64,000 nucleotides of DNA from Bacteroidales bacterium (GTDB lineage Bacteria; Bacteroidota; Bacteroidia; Bacteroidales; UBA932), in the NCBI GenBank assembly GCA_041441455.1, contig JASDTB010000056.1:2767-66766 (forward strand), read 5' to 3'. How positions within the stretch are numbered: position 1 is the first letter of the stretch; every line of letters begins with the position of its first letter. Shown here piece by piece: positions 9,631 to 17,931 of this stretch. The notes below the pieces were generated by a model that was not told the origin of the DNA, ran no database searches, and saw only the letters and a program-made list of their open reading frames with translations. The translations under genes were made by a program, and so were the position numbers.

Positions 9631-11247
9631 CTATTTTTGTCTAAACTCTAAAGGACAGTAGTTTATATTCATCTTGTCGTATAATTTTACAAGAATATCA
9701 AGTCTCCGCTTAAAATCTTTATACTCTCTTTTATCTTTTTGCGACCATACAACTTCTGCCAAGGCTGCAACTCTTGGAAATACCATATATTCTGCATGTT
9801 CTGGATTTGGAATATACTCAGTCCATACATTTGCTTGTGCACCCATAATATACTTTTGCTCTTCTAATGCAAGTTCTTTTGGAACAGGTTCGTAGGAGTA
9901 GACTTTTGCTAGATTCGTAAATCCTCCGATAGCAAGAGGTTCTGTTTGCGGATCGAATTGGTAGTGATCAAAATAGCAGTGACTTCCAGGTGACATAACT
10001 ACATTATGTTTCATCTTGGCAGCCTCTATTCCCCCTTTTTCGCCCCTCCACGACATTACAGCAGCGTTAGGAGCAAGCCCTCCTTCCAATATTTCGTCCC
10101 ATCCAATGATTTGTCTTCCCTTAGAGTTCAGATATTTTTCTATTCTCCCAATAAAATAACTTTGAAGTTCATGTTCATCCTTTAACCCGTTGGATTTGAT
10201 TCGCTCTTGGCATAATGGACACTCTTTCCATCTTGTTTTTGGACACTCATCGCCACCAATGTGAATTAGTTCGCTAGGGAACAGATCGATAACTTCGTCA
10301 AGTACATTTTCTAAAAACTCAAAGGTGCTCTCTTTTCCTGCACACATCACGTCGTCGAAAACTCCCCATTTAGTTGCAACTTTATATGGACCGCCTGTGC
10401 AGCCTAAGTGAGGATATGAGGCAAGGGCAGCTAATGCATGACCAGGCATCTCTATTTCTGGAACAACAGTAATATATCTTTCGGCAGCATAGCGTACAAT
10501 CTCTTTTATATCTTCTTGCGTGTAGAAACCCATGTGTGGTACCCCATCAAAAATTGAAGATTTGGCTCCATGCCCAACTAAAGTCTCAGATCTGAAAGAT
10601 CCGACAGTTGTGAGTTCTGGATATTTTTTAATCTCTATTCTCCAGCCTTGGTCTTCGGTTAGATGAAAGTGGAATCTGTTTAGTTTGTGGAGTGCCATGT
10701 AATCGAGATACTTGAGTACAAACTCTTTTGGCATGAAATGGCGGCATACATCGAGATGAAGACCTCTCCATGCAAAACGTGGATAGTCATTGATTTCGGA
10801 GCATTTTATCTTAATGCTCTTTGATTTTGATTCAGTGGGAATTAGTTGAAGTAGTGACTGAACCGCATAAAAAAGACCAGCTTCACTCGATGCTTCTATT
10901 GTGATAGTTTTTTTCCCTATCACCATTTTATAACCTTCGGGGTGAATGTTAAGATCCTTTTTGAGGTTAAAAATAATTCCTTTTACTGCTTGATTTTTAA
11001 CTGGAGATGACTCTAACTTTAATCCGCATCTAAGTTCAATCCCTTTTTTAAGAGAGGCAACAAAGCCCGCTTTTTGATAATTTGCAGGGATTGTTATAAT
11101 AGTAGAGCCATTAAGTTTAAAATACCCGTCGTTCTCTTGGTAAGAGACAGGCGCGGGAATGATAGGGTTGTCCTTGCCAGAAGCGGCAGCAGTGCTAAAT
11201 AGTGCAGTGAATAAGGACATGATCATCAGGTAGTTTTTTAAGTTCAT
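9631..11247 (-). CDS. Beta-N-acetylhexosaminidase, GH20
   Basis: Signal peptide, RGLHLDVCRHF and HIGGDE catalytic region typical of GH20. Confidence 0.85.
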   Translation of the reverse strand: MNLKNYLMIMSLFTALFSTAAASGKDNPIIPAPVSYQENDGYFKLNGSTIITIPANYQKAGFVASLKKGIELRCGLKLESSPVKNQAVKGIIFNLKKDLNIHPEGYKMVIGKKTITIEASSEAGLFYAVQSLLQLIPTESKSKSIKIKCSEINDYPRFAWRGLHLDVCRHFMPKEFVLKYLDYMALHKLNRFHFHLTEDQGWRIEIKKYPELTTVGSFRSETLVGHGAKSSIFDGVPHMGFYTQEDIKEIVRYAAERYITVVPEIEMPGHALAALASYPHLGCTGGPYKVATKWGVFDDVMCAGKESTFEFLENVLDEVIDLFPSELIHIGGDECPKTRWKECPLCQERIKSNGLKDEHELQSYFIGRIEKYLNSKGRQIIGWDEILEGGLAPNAAVMSWRGEKGGIEAAKMKHNVVMSPGSHCYFDHYQFDPQTEPLAIGGFTNLAKVYSYEPVPKELALEEQKYIMGAQANVWTEYIPNPEHAEYMVFPRVAALAEVVWSQKDKREYKDFKRRLDILVKLYDKMNINYCPLEFRQK

Positions 11248-11250
11248 TTC

Positions 11251-12246
11251 TTAATACTTTATATAGTCATACAGTGCTTGCCCGGTTTTCAGTTTTCTAG
11301 ATCCCTCCATCCACTTCGGCCACCAATTATTGATATAGATTTTCATTTTACTCGTAGGCATCCCTTTTTCTCCTTTATAGAAGCTATATTTCTGCCCATC
11401 TACCCAAAAGCTAATCTCTCCAGGGTAGAAATCTATTCTGTATTCGTGAAACTCTTTTGAGGGGTCGAATGGGAGTTCTACTTTATCACTAAAGATCTTT
11501 GTAGCCTTAATCCATATAGTGAAATCTATCTGATTAGTTTTATTATTCCATAGTTCAATATCTACCTCGTCTTCGTTATGCGGATTATATAAAAAGAATG
11601 TTGTGTAGGTTCCCTTCATTTTGCTTGGAGTCTTGATTTTGGCTCTGAAAGTTCCATAGGGAGGAACTACTCCGTCGTTTGTTGCAATCTCCCCACCATC
11701 TTTAGTGAGTATCGGAAATTTCATTTGCAAAAGTCCATCTTGGACGATTACATTTTCGGCCTTAAAAAAGCCTAATCCAGGTGTTCTCTTCTCTATAACT
11801 CTCCACACTCTGTAGTCTAAATGGTCAAAATCATCGATATGGCGGAAGATCGTTGCAACTTTTTCTAGGTCGACGTACTCTATGCGGACTGGGTCTGGTT
11901 CTTCTGGAGCCCGATCCCAAATGGCTACCCTGGCAGAAAAGTCACCAGAGACAAAGTCTGTGGAGTTTGGAGCTCTCCATTTGAAAGTCATTGTCTGTTC
12001 TTGTGAAGAGAGGGTTATTTGTTGAGACGGCACATCGAACCATCTGCCTAATGGGTCACGCAAACTTAAACCCATCCAATAGGTGCCATCGCCATTTGTT
12101 ATGACGGCTTTTAGCAGAAGGGTATCACCTGATTTAAGAAATGGATTGTCTACAGTAATTTCTTTAATTCTTAGAGTATCTTTTCCCACTGAGTTCAAAC
12201 TGAATGAGAGAAAGTATATTAATATTATGATAAATCGACTGTTCAA
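11251..12246 (-). CDS. GH16-family glycoside hydrolase with N-terminal beta-sandwich domain
   Basis: EVDIE (ExDxE) catalytic motif in NEDEVDIELWN, with a C-terminal concanavalin-like region. The TTG start is inferred from the signal peptide. Confidence 0.7.
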   Translation of the reverse strand: MNSRFIIILIYFLSFSLNSVGKDTLRIKEITVDNPFLKSGDTLLLKAVITNGDGTYWMGLSLRDPLGRWFDVPSQQITLSSQEQTMTFKWRAPNSTDFVSGDFSARVAIWDRAPEEPDPVRIEYVDLEKVATIFRHIDDFDHLDYRVWRVIEKRTPGLGFFKAENVIVQDGLLQMKFPILTKDGGEIATNDGVVPPYGTFRAKIKTPSKMKGTYTTFFLYNPHNEDEVDIELWNNKTNQIDFTIWIKATKIFSDKVELPFDPSKEFHEYRIDFYPGEISFWVDGQKYSFYKGEKGMPTSKMKIYINNWWPKWMEGSRKLKTGQALYDYIKY

Positions 12247-12330
12247 TTCTGGAGATTTTGTATAAAGTTATAATAAATCTCTGATTAAACTTTCTAACAA
12301 TAACTTTGTCAAAATGAAAACGGTTAAAAA

Positions 12331-14670
12331 ATGAAGAGGATTGTATTTTTATTTCTATTTCTTGGTTTTACAACTGTCTCTTTCTCTCAATCTTCGAATG
12401 AGGGTAGTTGGTTTACGTTAAGGGGATTAGTGCTGGATAAGTCTACTAAAGAGACTTTGGATTATGCAAATATTGCTATATATGATGCTTTAAACAAGGT
12501 TGTTGCAGGGTCAATTACAGATAACAAAGGGCATTTCAAGTTAAATATACCAAAAGGAGGCAAGTATAAACTGCAAATATCATTTTTAGGATATAAGCCA
12601 TATGTCTCTGATTTAAAAATTAGCAGTAATATGACTTTAGAGCCTGTTTACCTAGAAAAGGATGAGAATCTACTTCATTCAGCAACAGTTGTAGGGAAGG
12701 CAGATGAAAGAAAAGTGTCAGTTGAAAAGACAAAAATTTCAATGAGCGGCACATTGTCTACTGTAAGCTCAAATATTACGGATGTTTTAAAGTCCGATCC
12801 ATCAGTTACCATCGATAATGATAACAACATATATTTGAGAGGAAATAAAAATATCGTTATTTTATTAGATGGAAGGCCAACTAGTTTGTCGTCAATTAAT
12901 TCAATACCAATGTCAGGAATTGACTATGTAGAAATCTTATCTAGCCCCGATGTAAAATCTGATGCTGAAGGGACAGGGGGAATTATTAATATTGTGTCAA
13001 AAAGGAGATATCAAAATGGATATAGCTCTGTATTTCAGTTAAATTATGGGATACAAAATCGAGTTAATGGTAATTTGGGATTTAGTTTTAAAAGAGATAA
13101 ATGGGGTTTAGAAGTTGGATACTCAATTAAGAATGAAAATGAGAGTATCGAGAGTTATTTGAAAAGAGAGTTTTATGTCAATGGAATGGTCGCTTCGGAA
13201 AATAGTGCGACATCATTAAGAAGATCTCTAGTTAATGGTTTAAATTCAACGCTCTTTTTTAACCTTAATCCTAAGAATCTCATTCAGGCTAATGTTAAAC
13301 TTATGTTTCCATCGTTATTTACTAATCAAAACTTTTACACGCTTGGAAGATATAATGATATAACCTTCTCAAGGCAAACAAAAGAGGGGGCGATTGTTTA
13401 TAAACATATTTCAACTCCAGGAAAACGAGAGCTTTCAACAGAGCTTTTTTTCTCTTTTACCAAAGGGTCTCGACCTGCAAACTATTATGATTTTGGTATT
13501 TTGAACAGAAAGTCAAGTGGTGGTGGACATCCATCTGTTGTTACTCTCCAATCAGACTATTTATCATTTATTGGAAAATCAAAATTTGAAGGTGGTGCAA
13601 AGATCTCATTTAGATGGAATTCGTTTGATTATAAATTTTATAAGCGGATTGGTGATTTATGGCAGATAGATAACCAATTTACAAGTGACCTAATACATGA
13701 TGAAACTATAAGCTCTCTCTATTTTAATCTAACGTCTCCGTCTACTTTAAGATTAACCTATAAAATTGGTGCTAGAGGAGAATATTCCTTTTCTAATTTC
13801 GAACAACATACAACTAATGAGTCATTTGATAAAGATAAATTATCTCTATTTCCTTTTGTTTCGTTAGGTTATAAGATCAATAGTTCAAGTAACTTGGCTA
13901 TTACATATAATAGAAGAATTTCTCGTCCGCAATATCCTCAGTTAAATCCATTTATTAATATGATTGATGATATGACATTTGAAAAAGGGAATAAAAACCT
14001 GAATCCAGAGCTTACTGATAAAATAGAGTTAGCAGTTTCTTCGAAGATAGGTAAGGTAGATGTTAGAAATTCAGTTTACTACTCTTATACAAAAGATATG
14101 ATAACTCAAGTCACAATGCCTTATTCTACTGATAAGCTATTATTGACCTACAATAATGTTGATAAGAGTATCAAAGTTGGGAATGATTTTGATTTATCGA
14201 CAAAGGTTTCAAAATGGCTTGACTTAAATCTTGCAGCATCGTTGTATTATAATGATTTTACTATTTCTTCGGATGTACTTGGTGTAAACAATAGGGGAGT
14301 AGGGTTTCAAAATCTAATAAGGCTAAATATCTATCCCGATAAAAACATGGATATCCAGGTCTCTCATAACTATGTTAGTACGCAAAGGTTGCCACAATTT
14401 GTGGTTAACCCTCAAAATGTGATTGATTTAAGTGCAAAAAGACGTTTTATCGGGGGGAAACTTGCAATTTCAGTTGCAATATCTGATCTTCTGAATAGTA
14501 AAGAGTGGATAGTAAATAGCGATAATTCGTTTTTTAAAATTAGCAATAGGAGTAAAAGTAACTCCAGAATTCTCTGGATTGGGATGACAATTAATCTTAA
14601 TTCATTTAAGATAAGGCAGAAAGAGGATAAATCTCTCTCGGAAGAGGGAATTATAAAACTTGGTTATTGA
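12331..14670 (+). CDS. TonB-dependent receptor-like outer-membrane beta-barrel protein
   Basis: Signal peptide, CarboxypepD_reg-like N-terminus (LRGLVLDKSTKETLDYANIAIY), a plug-like region, and a long Tyr/Asn-rich barrel ending in an aromatic residue. Confidence 0.75.
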   Translation: MKRIVFLFLFLGFTTVSFSQSSNEGSWFTLRGLVLDKSTKETLDYANIAIYDALNKVVAGSITDNKGHFKLNIPKGGKYKLQISFLGYKPYVSDLKISSNMTLEPVYLEKDENLLHSATVVGKADERKVSVEKTKISMSGTLSTVSSNITDVLKSDPSVTIDNDNNIYLRGNKNIVILLDGRPTSLSSINSIPMSGIDYVEILSSPDVKSDAEGTGGIINIVSKRRYQNGYSSVFQLNYGIQNRVNGNLGFSFKRDKWGLEVGYSIKNENESIESYLKREFYVNGMVASENSATSLRRSLVNGLNSTLFFNLNPKNLIQANVKLMFPSLFTNQNFYTLGRYNDITFSRQTKEGAIVYKHISTPGKRELSTELFFSFTKGSRPANYYDFGILNRKSSGGGHPSVVTLQSDYLSFIGKSKFEGGAKISFRWNSFDYKFYKRIGDLWQIDNQFTSDLIHDETISSLYFNLTSPSTLRLTYKIGARGEYSFSNFEQHTTNESFDKDKLSLFPFVSLGYKINSSSNLAITYNRRISRPQYPQLNPFINMIDDMTFEKGNKNLNPELTDKIELAVSSKIGKVDVRNSVYYSYTKDMITQVTMPYSTDKLLLTYNNVDKSIKVGNDFDLSTKVSKWLDLNLAASLYYNDFTISSDVLGVNNRGVGFQNLIRLNIYPDKNMDIQVSHNYVSTQRLPQFVVNPQNVIDLSAKRRFIGGKLAISVAISDLLNSKEWIVNSDNSFFKISNRSKSNSRILWIGMTINLNSFKIRQKEDKSLSEEGIIKLGY

Positions 14671-17191
14671 TTCTTTTATAAAGTTCAAATCCAAGAATAC
14701 TGAACAGACCTGCAGTAGCAGAGAGTGCAATTTCGTACCACTTAAGTGAACTGAATTGAAATAGTGATTGGAAGAATGGAACTTCTAGAACAATAATCAA
14801 AAAGAAAAGTGCACCTCCTAAAACCCATTTAACTGTACTATTGGGAGTTCTGATTATAGTGAATATGTTCTGTTTCCATGATCTGTTGGAAAGTATGATT
14901 GATATGTTAGAGACAATCAGGGTGATGAATGACATGGTTCTAACCTCTTTTTCATTTAGTCCAACATATAATCCAATGAAATAGACTAATAGTGTTATTA
15001 TTAATACATTAACGCCTTGTAGACAGCTCATTATGATTTTCTTTGAACCAAAGAATGGTTGATCTGCTTTTCTCGGGGCCCTTTTCATAATATCTTTTTC
15101 TGCTTCTTCTGCTTCAAAGATCACCGAACACGAAGGATCGATAATGAGTTCTAAGAAGACTATGTGTACTGGCCAGAGAATTAGAGGAAGGTCGGCAGTT
15201 AATACAGGAATCAGTGAAAGACCTGCAATTGGAACGTGGATTGCAAAGATATATCCTAGAGCCTTTTGTAAGTTGTCAAAAATTCTTCTGCCCATTTTGA
15301 TTGCACCTACAATCGAGGCAAAATTGTCGTCCATCAGTACTAAAGCGGATGCTTCACGAGCTACATCTGTTCCCTTTTCGCCCATAGCTATCCCAATATG
15401 GGCTGCCTTAAGCGCAGGAGCATCATTAACGCCGTCTCCTGTCATCGCCACCACTTCGCCGTTTCTCTTTAGAGCATTCACTAGCTTAAGTTTCTGTTCT
15501 GGAATTACCCTTGCAAAAATGTTAACATGTTTGATTCTTTCACTCAGCTCCTCTTCGCTCATTGCTGCCAACTCTTGCCCAGTGATTACATTTTCGGGGG
15601 TCTCAATTCCAATCTCTTTACCAATATTGGAGGCTGTGATAGGATAGTCTCCGGTTATCATAATTACTCTGATTCCTGCTTCGCGACACTCTTTTACCGC
15701 TAATGGAACCTCTTCTCGGATAGGGTCGGAGAGACCAATAAGTCCTATAAATTCAAAATCGAAATCGTGTTGAATTTCGGGTAGAGTTTTATCGATTACA
15801 TGAGCTTTTGCTACTCCCAGTACTCTTAACCCTTTTGCTGCCATTTCTGATACTGCCTTTTCATAAATGGCAATTTTCTCAATAGGGAGATGGCATAGGT
15901 CGAAAATTGCTTCGGGAGCACCCTTGGCGGCTATTACTTTTTGGTTTGAGGCTGGATTTATGAATACTCTGGACATTGCAAGCATCTCTTTTGAAAGAGG
16001 GTACTCTTTGACCATTGTCCAGTCTGTATGAATATGTTCGGTTTCGCTCATATGTTTCTCTCCAATCAAAATAATCGCCTTTTCCATTGGGTCGAAAGGA
16101 TTGACTTGGCTAGATAGAATTCCGAATTCAATAATATCGTGATACTCTTCTGGCACTCCGTTGCTTGCTACTGTGTAATTTACGTGGTCTCTATTGTAGA
16201 GTGCTGTGACAGTCATCTTGTTTTTGGTAATCGTTCCCGTTTTGTCGCTGCAAAGAACAGTAGCAGAGCCTAATGTCTCAATTGCCGATGGACGGCGGGT
16301 GAGGACACTTTTTCGAGACATTCTCCAAGCTCCAATTGCCATAAAGATAGTGAGCACAACTGGAAACTCTTCGGGGAGCATCGCCATTGCAAGGGTAATG
16401 CCTGCAAGGAAGCCTTTTAATAAATCGCCTCTAGTGAGAGTGAATATAACGATGACAGAGATACATAGAATTGCTCCCATAATTGCAAGTCTCTTCACTA
16501 AGACTCCCATCTCTCTCTTAAGTTTTGTAGGCTCCTCCTCTTCAGATTCTAAAGCCTTCCCAATTTTCCCAATTTCTGTATTTGACCCAATCGCGATTAC
16601 TCTTGCAACAGCATTTCCTTGGACAATCATCGAACCTGAGTAGACATAAGGTAGATCGTCTCCACCTGGGGTAAAGCTCTGTTCATTCTCTTCTGCCTCG
16701 CGTTTTCTTACTGGCACAGACTCTCCAGTTAAAAGAGATTCGTCTGCCGATAAATTATTGCAAGTGAGGATTATTGCGTCTGCAGGAACTCTGTCGCCCT
16801 CTTGTAAAACAATTAAATCATCTTTTACAACCTCTCTTCCGGCAACTCTGCGTGTCTCTCCATCTCTGATCACTAAAGCTCTTGGACTTGCTAAATCTTT
16901 TAATGCATCCAAGGCCTTCTCTGTTTTCCGCTCTTGATAGTATTCGATACCCATGATCACAAAAACGAAGCTCATCAACATGATCCCTTCGTTAATGTCG
17001 CCAAGAATAAGATAGAGCGTTCCGCAGGCTACTAAGAGCATAAACATTGGCTCTTTAATAATTCCTGCTGCAATATAAAGTGCACCTCTTTTTTTTGAGC
17101 CAGGAAGCTCATTCAAACCATCTCGTTTTTGTTTTTCGGCTACCTCTTTTTCCGATAAACCGTTGAATCGAGAGTTGTCGTTGATTGTCAT
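14651..17191 (-). CDS. Cation-transporting P-type ATPase (P2-like, ion unassigned)
   Basis: DKTGTIT phosphorylation site, TGES, MITGD, TGDGVNDAPAL hinge, N-terminal cation-ATPase domain; 846 aa. Confidence 0.9.
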   Translation of the reverse strand: MTINDNSRFNGLSEKEVAEKQKRDGLNELPGSKKRGALYIAAGIIKEPMFMLLVACGTLYLILGDINEGIMLMSFVFVIMGIEYYQERKTEKALDALKDLASPRALVIRDGETRRVAGREVVKDDLIVLQEGDRVPADAIILTCNNLSADESLLTGESVPVRKREAEENEQSFTPGGDDLPYVYSGSMIVQGNAVARVIAIGSNTEIGKIGKALESEEEEPTKLKREMGVLVKRLAIMGAILCISVIVIFTLTRGDLLKGFLAGITLAMAMLPEEFPVVLTIFMAIGAWRMSRKSVLTRRPSAIETLGSATVLCSDKTGTITKNKMTVTALYNRDHVNYTVASNGVPEEYHDIIEFGILSSQVNPFDPMEKAIILIGEKHMSETEHIHTDWTMVKEYPLSKEMLAMSRVFINPASNQKVIAAKGAPEAIFDLCHLPIEKIAIYEKAVSEMAAKGLRVLGVAKAHVIDKTLPEIQHDFDFEFIGLIGLSDPIREEVPLAVKECREAGIRVIMITGDYPITASNIGKEIGIETPENVITGQELAAMSEEELSERIKHVNIFARVIPEQKLKLVNALKRNGEVVAMTGDGVNDAPALKAAHIGIAMGEKGTDVAREASALVLMDDNFASIVGAIKMGRRIFDNLQKALGYIFAIHVPIAGLSLIPVLTADLPLILWPVHIVFLELIIDPSCSVIFEAEEAEKDIMKRAPRKADQPFFGSKKIIMSCLQGVNVLIITLLVYFIGLYVGLNEKEVRTMSFITLIVSNISIILSNRSWKQNIFTIIRTPNSTVKWVLGGALFFLIIVLEVPFFQSLFQFSSLKWYEIALSATAGLFSILGFELYKRINNQVL

Positions 17192-17201
17192 TGTGTTTGT
17201 G

Positions 17202-17603
17202 TTATTTTGTGATTTTTGAGATGAGTTGCTGGAGAGTTGTAACCTCTTCGTTTGTAAGTTTGGCGCGAATGATATCGATGATCAGTTTGTGAGCTGCGTT
17301 GTGCAAGTAGTTGATTATAATTGCTTTTTCGCTGAGGTGAATGTGTGCGCTTCGTCTGTCAGAATCGGATTTTACTCGAGTTATATATCCCTTGTCTTCT
17401 AGTTTGTCGAGAGTGATTTTAACTGTTGGTTTTTTTAGGTTCAGGACCTTTGAGAGTTCTGTCAAGTTTGGATTCACAAGCCCAGCGATAGCCTCAATGT
17501 ACTTTACTTGAGATGGAGTTATGTCGGTTATTCCAGAGTTTGTCCATACAGAGTGTTCTGTATCAGTTATTAATTCTGTTAATCGGGCTATCTGCTCTTC
17601 CAT
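17202..17603 (-). CDS. MarR-family transcriptional regulator
   Basis: Winged-helix pattern LTELSKVLNLKKPTVKITLDKLEDKGYITRVKSDSDRR. I prefer the ATG at 17603 over the ORF-track TTG at 17624. Confidence 0.75.
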   Translation of the reverse strand: MEEQIARLTELITDTEHSVWTNSGITDITPSQVKYIEAIAGLVNPNLTELSKVLNLKKPTVKITLDKLEDKGYITRVKSDSDRRSAHIHLSEKAIIINYLHNAAHKLIIDIIRAKLTNEEVTTLQQLISKITK

Positions 17604-17627
17604 TATTTGTTTATTTTTCTGCAAATA

Positions 17628-17647
17628 TAGTTAGATGCGTCTAACTA
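17628..17647. promoter_or_regulatory. Perfect inverted repeat TAGTTAGA-TGCG-TCTAACTA, candidate MarR operator
   Basis: 8-4-8 palindrome located 25 nt upstream of the marR ATG at 17603 (4 nt upstream of the alternative TTG). Confidence 0.5.
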
Positions 17648-17887
17648 AAAAATTTTTCTTAGATTCATCCTAAACTTGGAATTGAAATTAAGGGGAAAGT
17701 ATTTGTTAAAGAGGCAACAAATGCATCAGGAACTGAGATCTCTTTCACTACACTTAGAGGAGAGTAGTGTTGTGCGTGTTGCGCCAGAGGGTGCTAGAAA
17801 TATCTACAACAGTTCGGATGAGAAGCGAGTGCAGAAAGATGCTTTGTGGCTTAAATAAAAAGAGTTGCGCTAGACTTTACTGCATAG

Positions 17888-17920
17888 GTATAAGAAAGAA
17901 GGCTGCTTTTAAAGCAGCCT
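17888..17920 (-). terminator. Rho-independent terminator after the M16 peptidase gene (minus strand)
   Basis: Stem AGGCTGC/GCAGCCT (17900-17906 / 17914-17920), followed on the minus strand by TCTTTCTTAT. Confidence 0.65.
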
Positions 17921-17931
17921 ATCTAATTTAA

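Noticed and set aside
12314-12334. A six-codon mini-ORF (MKTVKK) has a stop that overlaps the ATG of the outer-membrane barrel gene.
   Set aside because: Such short A-rich ORFs arise by chance in AT-rich leaders, and there is no supporting structure or conservation evidence.
15144-16643. Long antisense ORFs (167 and 145 aa) lie inside the P-type ATPase gene. Similar shadow ORFs occur inside the permease (4732-5151), TldD-like (36251-36747, 37588-37941), PmbA-like (38782-39072) and other genes.
   Set aside because: They are entirely contained in strongly supported genes on the other strand. Their low-complexity Ser/Ile/Ala-rich translations are typical of frame shadows.
17676-17858. A 60-aa ORF lies in the gap between the M16 terminator and the marR promoter.
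   Set aside because: It has no recognisable motif and unremarkable composition, and it sits in a regulatory spacer. I cannot support it as coding without conservation or expression data.
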